32,000 bases of DNA from an uncultured bacterium (GCA_963713855.1 OY970209.1:370154-402153); one strand, 5' to 3'; shown: positions 15,863 to 25,695, counted from the stretch's first letter. A program made the numbers and translations. Notes: a model not told the origin generated them from the sequence alone.

Positions 15863-18800
15863 CTACACGATGCTATTCATCGGCTGTTCAGTGCCATCAA
15901 AATGAACACTGCCCCCTGGATGCCTAAACATATATTTATAGAATGCAAAGCTTACAGCAGCCGCTGTTCCTGCGCCTATAATAAAGGCGGCGGGAACGCC
16001 TAACGATACACCAAGAGCAATCCCGAGCGTAGTTGTGCCACCATCGCCCGATTGAACAGCTCCGCTATTAGTACCGCTCGAGCCGGTACCAAGCAACGAC
16101 CCTAGAGACACATCATTTGAATCAAAGTTAGCAGTTGCTAGATATTCAGTACTGACGGTGCCGTTATTGGGAGCAAAAACGAGTGCAACGCATTTAGTGG
16201 AATTTCCTGGCAAAGGGTATGAGGACGCTTGATTAAAACTACCACTAGTAAGATTAAAAACAGTAAAGCTACTTGATCCGCTATTGGCAGTAGCAAGATA
16301 GCCGCCGTTTGACGAAGCTGCTATCGATTGCGGATTAAAAGACCCTGCAGGCAAAGAATACGATTTTCCAAACCCTAAGCTCGTTTGCTGAACAGGAAAT
16401 ACGCTAATATCATTCGAGCCGCTATTTGCCGTGACAAGCGCCAATTGAGTGGGACTGACCGGTAAAAAAATAACCGCCTGGGGCCCGGTCGATCCCGTCG
16501 GCAAGGAAGTGATACTTCCACCTGAAAGAGCCCCTTGTAAAAATTGAAAGAGCGCGACATTGTTCGTACCGAAATTGGCAGTGGCGAGCAAAGAACCATC
16601 AGAACTAAAAGCCAGCGCCTCTGGCGTCGTTGCTCCGGCGGGAAGCTTATAGGCAATCCCATTGCTCAAAACTCCATTAGCTACCTGAAAGACTGCCACG
16701 TCATTTGAACCGCTATCAGCAACAGCAAGATATAGGTCACCAGGAGCAAACTGGATAGCAGCAGGAACGGTTGATCCAACGGGCAATGCATACGAAAGAG
16801 CTCCGATCAATTGTCCTCCAGCAACCTGGAAAACGCTTACATCATTTGTTTTTTGGTTAGCAGTAGCCACATAAACACCATCTGATGTAAATGCTACCGC
16901 AATCGGAAGAGAAGGCGTAACCCCATTATACGGTAATGGGTATGATCTTTTAGTCCCGAGAGCAAACACATTGCCCGTTGAGTTAGTATTAAAAAGGGTA
17001 ACATCGCTGGTAGCATAATTTGCTGTTGCCAGATAGGCAAGGTTCGACGAAAAAGCAACGGCATTCGGCTGGCGCGAACCTTTAAAGAGTGGCGGTAAAG
17101 TATAAATGGCGCCAGTATTTAATGCTCCACCAGTAACGTTAAAGATAATAATCTCAGACTGGGACCGATCGGTTAATGCCAAGTACAATCCGTTGGGAGA
17201 AAAGGTAATTGTCTCCCCATAAGATGTTCGAGGGGGCAATGGATATTCAGTTTGATTGGTCAACACCCCACCGGTACCCACCGTAAAGACTATCACAAAT
17301 CCAAGACCATTAGCGAAAATATATGAAGCAATAGCAAGATAGGTGCCCGATGGAGAAAAAACCAACGAATAAGGGCTTGCACCACTATAGAGAGCATAAG
17401 ACTGTGCACCACTCAAGGCTCCTCCCCCTCCCACCTGAAAAATAGTAAGGTTTTCAGAATCCACACAACCGACGGCAAGAAGCGTATTATCAGGCGAAAA
17501 TGCTATAGTAAGCGGGTGAGCAGATCCTGTGGGTAATGCGTATGATGTTGGCGTGCCCAAAACTCCACCGCTTTGAATAGGAAAAATCGTTACATCATTC
17601 GATGATTCATTGGCTGTTGCAATATATGACCCATTGGGCGAAACAGTCAAAGCACGAGGAAGCGTAGAGCCAGCTGGCAATGAGTATGAAGTAGGGTTAC
17701 TTAAAACTCCACCGGACCCAACGCTCCATACAACAAGCGTGCCTACGAAGGTCGAGGTAACAAGATATGATCCGTTGGCAAAAAACGCTAGAGCTTCAGG
17801 ACCTGAGCTACCACTCGGAAGCAAATAGGAGGTTCCATTAGTAAGCACTCCTTGGGCTTGGACCGTGAACATGGTTATCGTATTAGCTTGGGTGTTTGCA
17901 GTAGCAAGATATGACCCATTTGGAGAAAATGCCAATGCATAGGGCTCTATCGAATCAGAAAAGACGGTATACGCAGTTCCATTAGTAAGAGCACCAGTTC
18001 CTCCAACAGTAAATACCGCTAAACCGTTTAAGTTATAATTAGCAAGAGCAAGATAACTGCCTGATGGCGCAAAAGAGACAGAACGCGACTGCGTCAAACC
18101 GGCCGGAAGGCCATACTGAGTAAGGTTGGCCAAAACGCCTCCTGCTTGGACATCAAAGGTCACAACAACCCCCGAGATCGATGTAGCTGCAAGATAAAGA
18201 CCATTGGGTGAAAATGATACTGCGTAAGGATTGCCGACGGGCCCATACGATGCGGCTCCACTAAGTGTGCCATTTCCGTTAACAGTAAAGACCGTTACAT
18301 CGCTCGAATTGAAGTTTGCAGTAGCCAGATAAGCACCACTGGGTGAAAATGTTACCCAGGTCGGCTGGGTCGAGCCGACAGGCAATGCGTATGATGCTCC
18401 GGCGCTCAGGACACCTGATTGAAATGAAAATACCGTCACATTGTTAGTACCAGAATTGGCGGTGCCAACCAAAGAGCCTGAGGGAGAAAAAGCGAGTGAA
18501 AAAGGTTGAGTCGCGCCGGAGGGTAACGCATATGATATCGGATTGATCAAAGTCCCCTGGGAACTTAAAGTAAAAACCGTGAGATCACTCGAGTTGTAAT
18601 TAGCCGTAAGGACGTATTGCCCCGAGGGAGAAAAAGTTATCGATTCCGCAGTGCTTGAGCCAGAAGGCAGTGTATAAGAAACCCCGCCTTCCAATGCTCC
18701 TGTCTGACTAACGCTAAAAAGGGTCACATCGTTTCCATTAGCGCTAACCAGATACGAGCTATCAGGTGAGAAAGCAAGTGCCGCCGGAAGTACAGAGCCC

Positions 18801-19186
18801 AGCGGTAAGGCATAAGGAACGCCATTACCAAGTACGCCATTAGCGCCTACCGGAAAAATAGTGATATCTGCTGAATTATAATTTGCAGTAGCAAGATACA
18901 AACCATTTGGAGAATACACAGCTGCTATGGGCTGCGTTGCACCTTGGGGTAATAGATACGAAGCCCCGTCATATAAGTTGCCACTCGTATTTACATTAAA
19001 TACTGACACGTCATTGCGATTCGCGGTAGCCAACAAATTGCCACTGGGGGAAAATTGTGCCTGAGTAGGCCAGCCTGAGGCACCTGGCAAAGGGTAACTT
19101 TCTTCGCTCAGAAGCACTCCCCGTAGTCCCAGTACCCAAAACATTATCAAGATAAACAACACATAAAGACGATTTACGGCAAACAT
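15863..19186 (-). CDS. 21-blade beta-propeller repeat protein (lactonase/YVTN-like) with an N-terminal signal peptide and a C-terminal TM anchor
   Basis: 1107-aa ORF with signal-like MFAVNRLYVLFILIMFWVLGL. I count 21 units of about 48 aa with consensus SY-LP-GS-P-ALAFSP-G-YLATAN--SNDVTVF-V---G-LS. These are followed by a Gly/Ser linker, a hydrophobic LGIALGVSLGVPAAFIIGAGTAAAVSFAFY segment and a 24-aa tail. Confidence 0.9.
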   Translation of the reverse strand: MFAVNRLYVLFILIMFWVLGLRGVLLSEESYPLPGASGWPTQAQFSPSGNLLATANRNDVSVFNVNTSGNLYDGASYLLPQGATQPIAAVYSPNGLYLATANYNSADITIFPVGANGVLGNGVPYALPLGSVLPAALAFSPDSSYLVSANGNDVTLFSVSQTGALEGGVSYTLPSGSSTAESITFSPSGQYVLTANYNSSDLTVFTLSSQGTLINPISYALPSGATQPFSLAFSPSGSLVGTANSGTNNVTVFSFQSGVLSAGASYALPVGSTQPTWVTFSPSGAYLATANFNSSDVTVFTVNGNGTLSGAASYGPVGNPYAVSFSPNGLYLAATSISGVVVTFDVQAGGVLANLTQYGLPAGLTQSRSVSFAPSGSYLALANYNLNGLAVFTVGGTGALTNGTAYTVFSDSIEPYALAFSPNGSYLATANTQANTITMFTVQAQGVLTNGTSYLLPSGSSGPEALAFFANGSYLVTSTFVGTLVVWSVGSGGVLSNPTSYSLPAGSTLPRALTVSPNGSYIATANESSNDVTIFPIQSGGVLGTPTSYALPTGSAHPLTIAFSPDNTLLAVGCVDSENLTIFQVGGGGALSGAQSYALYSGASPYSLVFSPSGTYLAIASYIFANGLGFVIVFTVGTGGVLTNQTEYPLPPRTSYGETITFSPNGLYLALTDRSQSEIIIFNVTGGALNTGAIYTLPPLFKGSRQPNAVAFSSNLAYLATANYATSDVTLFNTNSTGNVFALGTKRSYPLPYNGVTPSLPIAVAFTSDGVYVATANQKTNDVSVFQVAGGQLIGALSYALPVGSTVPAAIQFAPGDLYLAVADSGSNDVAVFQVANGVLSNGIAYKLPAGATTPEALAFSSDGSLLATANFGTNNVALFQFLQGALSGGSITSLPTGSTGPQAVIFLPVSPTQLALVTANSGSNDISVFPVQQTSLGFGKSYSLPAGSFNPQSIAASSNGGYLATANSGSSSFTVFNLTSGSFNQASSYPLPGNSTKCVALVFAPNNGTVSTEYLATANFDSNDVSLGSLLGTGSSGTNSGAVQSGDGGTTTLGIALGVSLGVPAAFIIGAGTAAAVSFAFYKYMFRHPGGSVHFDGTEQPMNSIV
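16103..19102 (-). repeat. coding tandem repeat array (21 propeller blades, ~144 nt each; boundaries approximate)
   Basis: The blade core YLATA is encoded by an exact recurring 14-mer, GCAGTAGCAAGATA on the plus strand, at 16287-16300, 17898-17911 and 18885-18898. Many near-copies occur. The units are diverged at the DNA level. Confidence 0.8.
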
Positions 19187-19542
19187 GGATAACTTCTCCC
19201 TTACAGTCCTGAAAGACTAATTTAACGGCCTATTATAGTGAGCACTCCCTGGTTTGTCTAGCCAGCTCGATACGTCATGGGGCTATAAAAGTCAATCAAA
19301 CAAATTGACCAGCACGTATTTAAGTTGATCTATCCAATTAGCTAACATAATTACGCTCTACTTCAGCAATGCGATTTCTACAGCTCAGCCAGATGGGGCG
19401 ACTGCCCTCCTCGGTTATCTGTGCTCATCGAACAGAAAATAGTGAGTGAAGAAGTCTCTAATTGCATGTTAGATCTTTCAGAATGTGCTTTTGGTGCTAT
19501 ACTCTTACTGTGCGTACTTGGTTTATATTGCGAGGAATACTT

Positions 19543-20157
19543 ATGCAATTGCCTTTTTTATTATCACATGAACAAGAAGTCTGCATACAAGAACGATTGC
19601 AGCAGTTTTCAGCTTTACAGAAATGCGACGAGAAAGCATGGTTTAGTGAGCTTTGTTTTTGCATCTTAACGGCCCAATCTTCCGCGCTAAAAGCTATAAA
19701 GATACAAGAAGAGGTGCAAGAGGCAGGCTTTTTGACCTATTCTCAGGAAGAGCTAAAATCCATTTTAAGAAGACACTCGCATCGCTTTCACAACAAAAAA
19801 GCTTCGTATATTGTCGAAGCTAGAAAGCATGCTGATATTAAAAAAACGCTCACAATACTGCACTCTGGATCAATAGACGCTATCAAAGCCCGTACGTATA
19901 TTGCTCAGAACGTTAAAGGCATTGGGCTTAAAGAAGCCTCCCACTTTTTGCGCAATGTTGGCTTTAGTAACGTCGCCATTATTGACCGTCATATTATTCG
20001 CTTTTTAGTGAGGTATAATGTTATCGATAAAGCGCCAAAAAACATTACCAGTCATGACTATTTTAAGCTCGAAAACGCCCTTAAAAAATATGAAATACCG
20101 CTTGACAGACTTGATCTAATGATTTGGTGCCATATGACTGGCACTATCCTTAAATAA
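19543..20157 (+). CDS. ogg: N-glycosylase/DNA lyase, Ogg2-type 8-oxoguanine DNA glycosylase
   Basis: ELCFCILTAQSSA and the HhH region VKGIGLKEASHFLRNVGFSNVAIIDRHI match the archaeal/Thermotoga-type Ogg. Start chosen at the ATG at 19543, with GAGGAA 5 nt upstream; the ORF is open from 19462. Confidence 0.8.
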   Translation: MQLPFLLSHEQEVCIQERLQQFSALQKCDEKAWFSELCFCILTAQSSALKAIKIQEEVQEAGFLTYSQEELKSILRRHSHRFHNKKASYIVEARKHADIKKTLTILHSGSIDAIKARTYIAQNVKGIGLKEASHFLRNVGFSNVAIIDRHIIRFLVRYNVIDKAPKNITSHDYFKLENALKKYEIPLDRLDLMIWCHMTGTILK

Positions 20158-20160
20158 GTG

Positions 20161-22788
20161 CTATCCACTTATACGTCCAACACGGAAAGTAGCTAGATCC
20201 TGTGCTAAAAGCCGCGATACAGATTCTTGTACCTCGTCGAGTCTTATCGCTTGTAGATGCTGGGCACGAGTGTCAAAAAACGTTGCAGGCAATTTAAACC
20301 GATCTAAAAAGAGAAAACTATTTGCTATTTGGTGGTTTGAAGCAAAATGATCGACAAGGTTTGCAGCGATAGCTCTTTGAGATTCTAAAAGCTCGCTGTC
20401 AGTCAAATCTTCCGCTTTCTTATTCAAAACCTTCTTTATAAGAAGCTCTGCTTCTTCAGCTTTCTCGCCAGAAACAATCGTTTTGATAAATATCATGCCG
20501 GGCTCAGTATGAGCACCAGAGACAAGAGAACCTCCTATCGTATAAAAAAGGCCAGAACGCTCTCTAATTTGAAAGAGTCGTGAATTCATCGACCCTGAAG
20601 CTCCGCCAGTCAACACGTGGTCAAAAAGAAAAAGCTTATCAAAATCTGTGTCCATACGTCGCACAGAAAGCCCCGCAAACGCAAGTACCATTTGGTCCCG
20701 ATTAATATAGCGGTTCACACTCGTCTTATCAGAGCGCACAAGGTTAGGAAAAATAATGTCTGGCACCTCCGGACCCTGCCATGAGCCAAGAGACTCTTCA
20801 AGTAAATTTTTTAAATCGGATGCTTTAAAATCGCCTACTATCGCTAAACGTGCTTCTCGGGGAGTTATGAAAGCGCGGTAGGCGTGTAAAAGGTCCTCTC
20901 TACGTATCGAATTTATGCTTTGTACAGTACCTAGATATGACTTTTTATAAGGGTGGCCTTCGTAAATGGCCTCGCGCGCTAATTGTCCAATAAACTGGGT
21001 AGGAGTGTCCCAGTAATCTTTAATATCTGCAAGAATGTGCGTACGCACTTTTTCGATGGTTTTGGGCTCAAAAAGAGCCTCAGTTAGAATGCTACTAATT
21101 AGAGAAAGCGCTTTGGGAAAATCCGTGCTTAACATGCTCATACTTATTTGACCAGCATGGGTCTGCAACGCAATACCAAGGGACTCAAGCTCCTCAACGA
21201 AAGTGTGGCCAGGAAAACGAGCAGTTCCTTCATCGAGCATATCCATCATAAAACTCTGAAGACCTTCCCTCGCGTCAGGGTCATAATATCCACGTGCTTT
21301 AAAATCTATAATGACACTGATCTTTGGCACATGTGAACTGGCGCTATACAAAACTCGAAGACCATTTGAAAGTGTCATCGACTCATATTTAGGAAAATCG
21401 AAATGCTCCCATTCTCTAGGTTCTACGGTATGCACAGCCAATCCAGCTTCAATCTCGCTTTCACGTACGATTCGATTAAGAACGAGGGCATCTTCTTTGT
21501 CCGATAGTGCCTGAAGTTGAAGCCAAAAAGGCTTTTCCTTTTCCGTTATTGGAAGTACTTGGCCTACGTGCATTACAGATGGCCTTAAGTACGTTGTTAT
21601 AAAATGCTCAAATTCTTTGCGAATAGCGTCTTGATCATGCCTGATATAGTGTAGAAGATACTGCTCATCAGAAGTAGCAAGATAATGTTTGCCTAGCAAA
21701 AAAGCGCACCTTTCTTGATCTTCTAAAATGCCCATCCAGTCAAGCTCAGTTTTTTTCTTTGCTCTTAAAAATTCGCTATCTGTGCACCCGTTAACTGAAA
21801 GCTCTTCAAGTTCTCTCTCTATAAGACCAATCGCTTTTTCAATAACTTCTTGGCAAGTAGGCTGAAAATGCACGATAAAGAGAGCGTGATCCATAAGGTC
21901 GTAAACCATGGCCTCAACATCAGTAGCTATCTGCTCAGTATCAACCAGGCGTTTAAAAAGTCGTGAACTTTTACCCGACCCGATTATACTTGCGGTTACA
22001 TCCATAAGGTAGTCAGATCGCGCACGTAGCCCGGGAACAACCCAAGCTACCATGACGAACGGCTGCTGTATATCGCGGTATACAACCACGCGCTGACTAC
22101 TAATATCCGGCGAATGATAATACTCTTTTGGAGTGTATGACCAATCAGGCATAAGGTGCGAGAAAGCCTCCTCTACTCGCTCTTTGACTTCGTCTTCTTT
22201 TACAGCACCTGTTACAATGAGCGTAGCATTGTTCGGAATATAGTGTTTTTTATAAAAAGCTACCAAATGGTCTCTATTAAGGTTCCACAAATCTTTTTTA
22301 TAGCCGATAACAGGATAGCGATAGGGGTGATCCGAAAAAAGCGAACCCATGAGCTTTTCAATGAGAATGGAGCCGTAATCGTCCTTATACATCTTTAATT
22401 CTTGTATGACCGCTTTAAGCTCTGCATTAAGAAGATCTTCTTTGAATGTGCAGTTTACCATGCAATCAGCCATAATCGGCAAAGCTTTATCCCAGTTAGT
22501 TGAGGGTAGCTCAAACATATAACCAGTATAGTCATGGGACGTAAACGCATTACAATAGCCAGCTAGCTTGTGAGTAATGAGATTAATATCCGATTCGGAA
22601 AGCGTCGTAGTCCCTTTAAAAATCATATGTTCAATCAGGTGCGCTATGCCCTTTTCTCTCGAGCTTTCATCCTTCGAACCAACACGATACCAAAGCTGCA
22701 ATGAAACTTTTGGTATGCGAAATTGAGGCAGCGTCAATACTGTCATACCATTTGATAAACGATGCTTATAAACAGCTGATGTAGCCAT
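20161..22788 (-). CDS. fused two-unit M16 (pitrilysin-family) zinc peptidase
   Basis: HLIEHMIFKG (inverted zincin HxxEH) is in the first half. The second M16-like unit starts near MTLSNGLRVLY and lacks HxxEH. At 875 aa it has a PqqL-like architecture. Its stop is 3 nt from the ogg stop. Confidence 0.88.
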   Translation of the reverse strand: MATSAVYKHRLSNGMTVLTLPQFRIPKVSLQLWYRVGSKDESSREKGIAHLIEHMIFKGTTTLSESDINLITHKLAGYCNAFTSHDYTGYMFELPSTNWDKALPIMADCMVNCTFKEDLLNAELKAVIQELKMYKDDYGSILIEKLMGSLFSDHPYRYPVIGYKKDLWNLNRDHLVAFYKKHYIPNNATLIVTGAVKEDEVKERVEEAFSHLMPDWSYTPKEYYHSPDISSQRVVVYRDIQQPFVMVAWVVPGLRARSDYLMDVTASIIGSGKSSRLFKRLVDTEQIATDVEAMVYDLMDHALFIVHFQPTCQEVIEKAIGLIERELEELSVNGCTDSEFLRAKKKTELDWMGILEDQERCAFLLGKHYLATSDEQYLLHYIRHDQDAIRKEFEHFITTYLRPSVMHVGQVLPITEKEKPFWLQLQALSDKEDALVLNRIVRESEIEAGLAVHTVEPREWEHFDFPKYESMTLSNGLRVLYSASSHVPKISVIIDFKARGYYDPDAREGLQSFMMDMLDEGTARFPGHTFVEELESLGIALQTHAGQISMSMLSTDFPKALSLISSILTEALFEPKTIEKVRTHILADIKDYWDTPTQFIGQLAREAIYEGHPYKKSYLGTVQSINSIRREDLLHAYRAFITPREARLAIVGDFKASDLKNLLEESLGSWQGPEVPDIIFPNLVRSDKTSVNRYINRDQMVLAFAGLSVRRMDTDFDKLFLFDHVLTGGASGSMNSRLFQIRERSGLFYTIGGSLVSGAHTEPGMIFIKTIVSGEKAEEAELLIKKVLNKKAEDLTDSELLESQRAIAANLVDHFASNHQIANSFLFLDRFKLPATFFDTRAQHLQAIRLDEVQESVSRLLAQDLATFRVGRISG

Positions 22789-23056
22789 TTTCCCCGGTCT
22801 CCTATCGCCTTAATCTCACACTTTTAATAAACTTCGCTTTTACTATAATAATAAAATACTGAAAATTTTAAAAATTACCACCCAAGTTATGAATTTCAAT
22901 TAAAGAATAATGAACTGCCAATCCGCGAAGAATCGCAAATGTACAATAGCCAGACCGCTCAAGGCAGCCATGTGGCGTAATCTGTTGCTCTTTCTATCTC
23001 GTTCTTTTGCTGATATAGTATGATCATAGTACTTAAGCTTACAAAATAGTTTGACC

Positions 23057-23629
23057 ATGAATATTCCAACGCTGCTGACCCTCATTAGACTCATACTTTC
23101 GCCCCTGATCATGCCTTGGCTTTTAATAGTATTTCTTCCGCTTAATATCTTGTGGATCAACGCTTGTCTATCCTCCTTGTTCATTCTTTTTAGCTTTACG
23201 GATTTTTTAGACGGTTATCTGGCTCGAACGCGACAACAAGAAACTGCTCTTGGTAAAGTATTAGATCCTATTGCAGATAAGTTTCTGGTCTATTCCACGC
23301 TTATTGCGCTTGTGGCTACAAAAAAGCTCTTTTTCTTTTGGCCTATCGTCATTATAGGGCGTGAGTTTTTTATCATGAGTTTACGAGAAATTGCTCTTAG
23401 CCATGGATTTACGATTTCGGTTAATCAGATGGGAAAGGCAAAAACTTTTGTTCAAATGCTTTTTATAGCCTTCATCATACTTAATCCGGCACAGCAACAA
23501 GGCGGCTATGTTCTTTGGAACAGCATTGAAAGTGTTCTCATCATGGTAACTGTTGGCTTGACTCTTTACTCGGCGCTTTCATATGGCCGAACTTTTTGGT
23601 GTAAATGGATGCTCATTGGTTGCAATTAA
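23057..23629 (+). CDS. pgsA: CDP-diacylglycerol--glycerol-3-phosphate 3-phosphatidyltransferase
   Basis: MNIPTLLTLIRL plus the CDP-alcohol phosphatidyltransferase motif DFLDGYLAR...G...DPIADK. A TTG at 23051 is an alternative start. Confidence 0.88.
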   Translation: MNIPTLLTLIRLILSPLIMPWLLIVFLPLNILWINACLSSLFILFSFTDFLDGYLARTRQQETALGKVLDPIADKFLVYSTLIALVATKKLFFFWPIVIIGREFFIMSLREIALSHGFTISVNQMGKAKTFVQMLFIAFIILNPAQQQGGYVLWNSIESVLIMVTVGLTLYSALSYGRTFWCKWMLIGCN

Positions 23630-24750
23630 GGTATATATCCATTTCGCTGCCTCCCATCGTTTTTCTTACTTTGTCATTTGCTCTCGGTATTTTTGTTGGG
23701 CATACACATCTACCACTCTGGTACCCTTACCTGGGATTTACTTTCCTTGCCTGTCTTATACTGTCCTTGCAAAAACCAGTTTATGCGGTCGTGATTCTTT
23801 GCCTATGCTCGCTAGCAACAGCAGCTGGCTACTATAGGATCGAGACAACCTACCTAAAAGAACGCGCACTTTCCCATTTTCTTGAAAGCTCACCTTTTGA
23901 GCTAAAAGGCTTAGTAACAGATGTTTGCAAAATCAAGTCAAAGCGCTTTAAGAAAAAGATTGGCTTATCCCTCGACTCCATCGCGAATGGCTCGAAAACG
24001 GTAAAACCTGCAAGGACGTGCGAGCTCTATCTTCCTTATAGATCCAGTGTGCATGTTGGGCAAAAAATCACGATAACTGGTGCGATGCTTATGCCCCAAA
24101 AAAGGAGGGAGCAATCAAATCAAGCCCCTTTGTTACGCTTTAGCGTGCCTTCGAGCCATGCGCATATTGTTGATACCAAGATGAGCATCGGAGAAAGACT
24201 AAAGAGCGCAGTATTAAGCGCACGCTATAGAATTGCTCTTCGGATTAGTAGCAAATTGCTTCCCACAACAAGCACTCTTTTTAAATGGCTCTTTCTGGGT
24301 TTATCGACTCATGACGAAGACGTTTTGTACCTAAAAGAGCACTGTAAATCCTGGGGAATTAGCCATTACTTAGCACGCTCTGGCTTGCACGTAGGCATGA
24401 TGCTTATGGTATGGCAATCGCTTTTGAGGCACATACCATTCCCATTACTCATTAAAGAATTACTCCTCCTTTTTATTCTTCTTATTACAACGGTGCTTTC
24501 TTGGCCCAGCATCTCCTTTAGCCGCGCTGTCAGCTCATATATTTTTTTAAAGTGCTACTCACTTTCAAGGCTATCGATACACCCGTTCCATGTATCATTT
24601 TTAACATGCTTCCTGTTTTTATGTTACAACCCACTCTACCTTTTAAGCATCAGTTTTCAATTAAGCTTTTTGGGAGTATTTTTACTTACGTGGGTCCAAG
24701 AAATTGAATTACTACGAAAAAGACCTATCGATGCTCAAAAAAACGTATAG
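23605..24750 (+). CDS. comEC: ComEC/Rec2-family membrane protein, short form
   Basis: N-terminal TM helices, an OB-like insert (ELKGLVTDVC...GQKITITGAML) and the competence-domain motif GISHYLARSGLHVG. It is only 381 aa and I see no metallo-beta-lactamase domain. It overlaps pgsA by 25 nt. Confidence 0.75.
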   Translation: MDAHWLQLRYISISLPPIVFLTLSFALGIFVGHTHLPLWYPYLGFTFLACLILSLQKPVYAVVILCLCSLATAAGYYRIETTYLKERALSHFLESSPFELKGLVTDVCKIKSKRFKKKIGLSLDSIANGSKTVKPARTCELYLPYRSSVHVGQKITITGAMLMPQKRREQSNQAPLLRFSVPSSHAHIVDTKMSIGERLKSAVLSARYRIALRISSKLLPTTSTLFKWLFLGLSTHDEDVLYLKEHCKSWGISHYLARSGLHVGMMLMVWQSLLRHIPFPLLIKELLLLFILLITTVLSWPSISFSRAVSSYIFLKCYSLSRLSIHPFHVSFLTCFLFLCYNPLYLLSISFQLSFLGVFLLTWVQEIELLRKRPIDAQKNV

Positions 24751-24785
24751 TATAGTTGATAGACAGCAGTTCTGAAAGCAACACT

Positions 24786-25367
24786 ATGAACATTAACGCC
24801 TTTAAGCTCCATCTTTTAAATGAGGCATACGCTGCGTACCTACAGCTTAAAAAATGCCCTGTAGATACAAGCGGATGCACAAAACTCGTTTTTGGTGAAG
24901 GAAATCCAGATGCTAAAATTATGTTTATTGGAGAAGCACCCGGAAAGGAAGAAGATGAACAGGGTCGCCCCTTCGTGGGAAGGTCAGGCAAATTACTTAA
25001 TGCCTGCCTCAACGCTGCCAACCTCAAGCGGCAAGATGTGTTCATCTCTAATATAGTAAAATGCCGACCTCCAGAGAACCGAAAACCATTGCCCTCGGAA
25101 ATCACCTGCTATAAACCACTGCTGTTGCATGAAATCAAGATTGTTCGACCCATTGTCTTATGCACCCTCGGCAGCTCAGCCCTCGAAGCCCTCATACTAG
25201 AACCCTTTTCTATGACCAAAATTCGGGGGAAACACCTCGACTTTCTAGGAATCACCCTTATTCCCACCTTCCACCCAGCTTATGTCTTAAGAAATCAAGC
25301 CGCACTACCCGAGCTCCAGCATGATATAGACGAAGTTTCTCGCATAGCATACCAAACAAAAAAATGA
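24786..25367 (+). CDS. udg: uracil-DNA glycosylase, family 4
   Basis: C-x6-C then LVFGEGNPDAKIMFIGEAPGKEEDEQGRPFVGRSGKLL and a C-terminal HPAYVLRN. The start is uncertain: ATG at 24786 (chosen) or TTG at 24756. Confidence 0.85.
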   Translation: MNINAFKLHLLNEAYAAYLQLKKCPVDTSGCTKLVFGEGNPDAKIMFIGEAPGKEEDEQGRPFVGRSGKLLNACLNAANLKRQDVFISNIVKCRPPENRKPLPSEITCYKPLLLHEIKIVRPIVLCTLGSSALEALILEPFSMTKIRGKHLDFLGITLIPTFHPAYVLRNQAALPELQHDIDEVSRIAYQTKK

Positions 25368-25432
25368 TCATCCGCGTTTTATCTACCTCTATTTCAAACG
25401 TACATAAATTTTTTTTTGTAAAAAGTTAGGTA

Positions 25433-25474
25433 TGTGGATAAGTGGTGGATAAGTGGTGGATAAGTGGTGGACAA
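25433..25474 (-). repeat. four phased DnaA-box-like 9-mers (bottom-strand orientation)
   Basis: TGTGGATAA (25433), GGTGGATAA (25444), GGTGGATAA (25455) and GGTGGACAA (25466). The starts are exactly 11 nt apart. These are reverse complements of TTATCCAC(A/C). Confidence 0.8.
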
Positions 25475-25587
25475 AGTTTTAAGCACGTTTTGCGTAATAC
25501 GTAACACAGACACCTTTGAGCATCATCTTAAAGGATTTGTTTGATCACAAAGGAGATATAGGTGGAATAGGTTTAGGGGCTAAAAAG

Positions 25588-25618
25588 TTATCCACCACTT
25601 ATCCACCACTTATCCACC
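25588..25618 (+). repeat. three phased DnaA-box-like 9-mers (top-strand orientation)
   Basis: TTATCCACC at 25588, 25599 and 25610, with exact 11-nt spacing. The array forms an inverted repeat of about 30 nt with the 25433-25474 array, 113 bp away. Confidence 0.8.
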
Positions 25619-25666
25619 ACTTTTAATAGGGTCAAAAAGGCTTCTGGTAAAGGTTATAGCTCAAAG

Positions 25667-25675
25667 TTATCCACA
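25667..25675 (+). promoter_or_regulatory. perfect consensus DnaA box TTATCCACA
   Basis: Exact match to the E. coli-type 9-mer consensus. It lies 20 nt upstream of the AT-rich tract. Confidence 0.7.
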
Positions 25676-25695
25676 AAAATCGTCGATACAACAAC

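Noticed and set aside
22900-23184. 94-aa minus-strand ORF spanning the M16-pgsA intergenic region and the pgsA 5' end.
   Set aside because: It overlaps the well-supported pgsA N-terminus (MNIPTLLTLIRL) and has no RBS or motif. The region is more likely the pgsA promoter.
25433-25620. Short direct repeats (GTGGATAAGTG x3-4 and the inverse array) considered as a CRISPR array or minisatellite.
   Set aside because: The units are 11 nt and contiguous, with no spacers. CRISPR repeats are 24-48 nt with unique spacers of similar length. The unit contains the DnaA-box consensus, and no cas genes are present.
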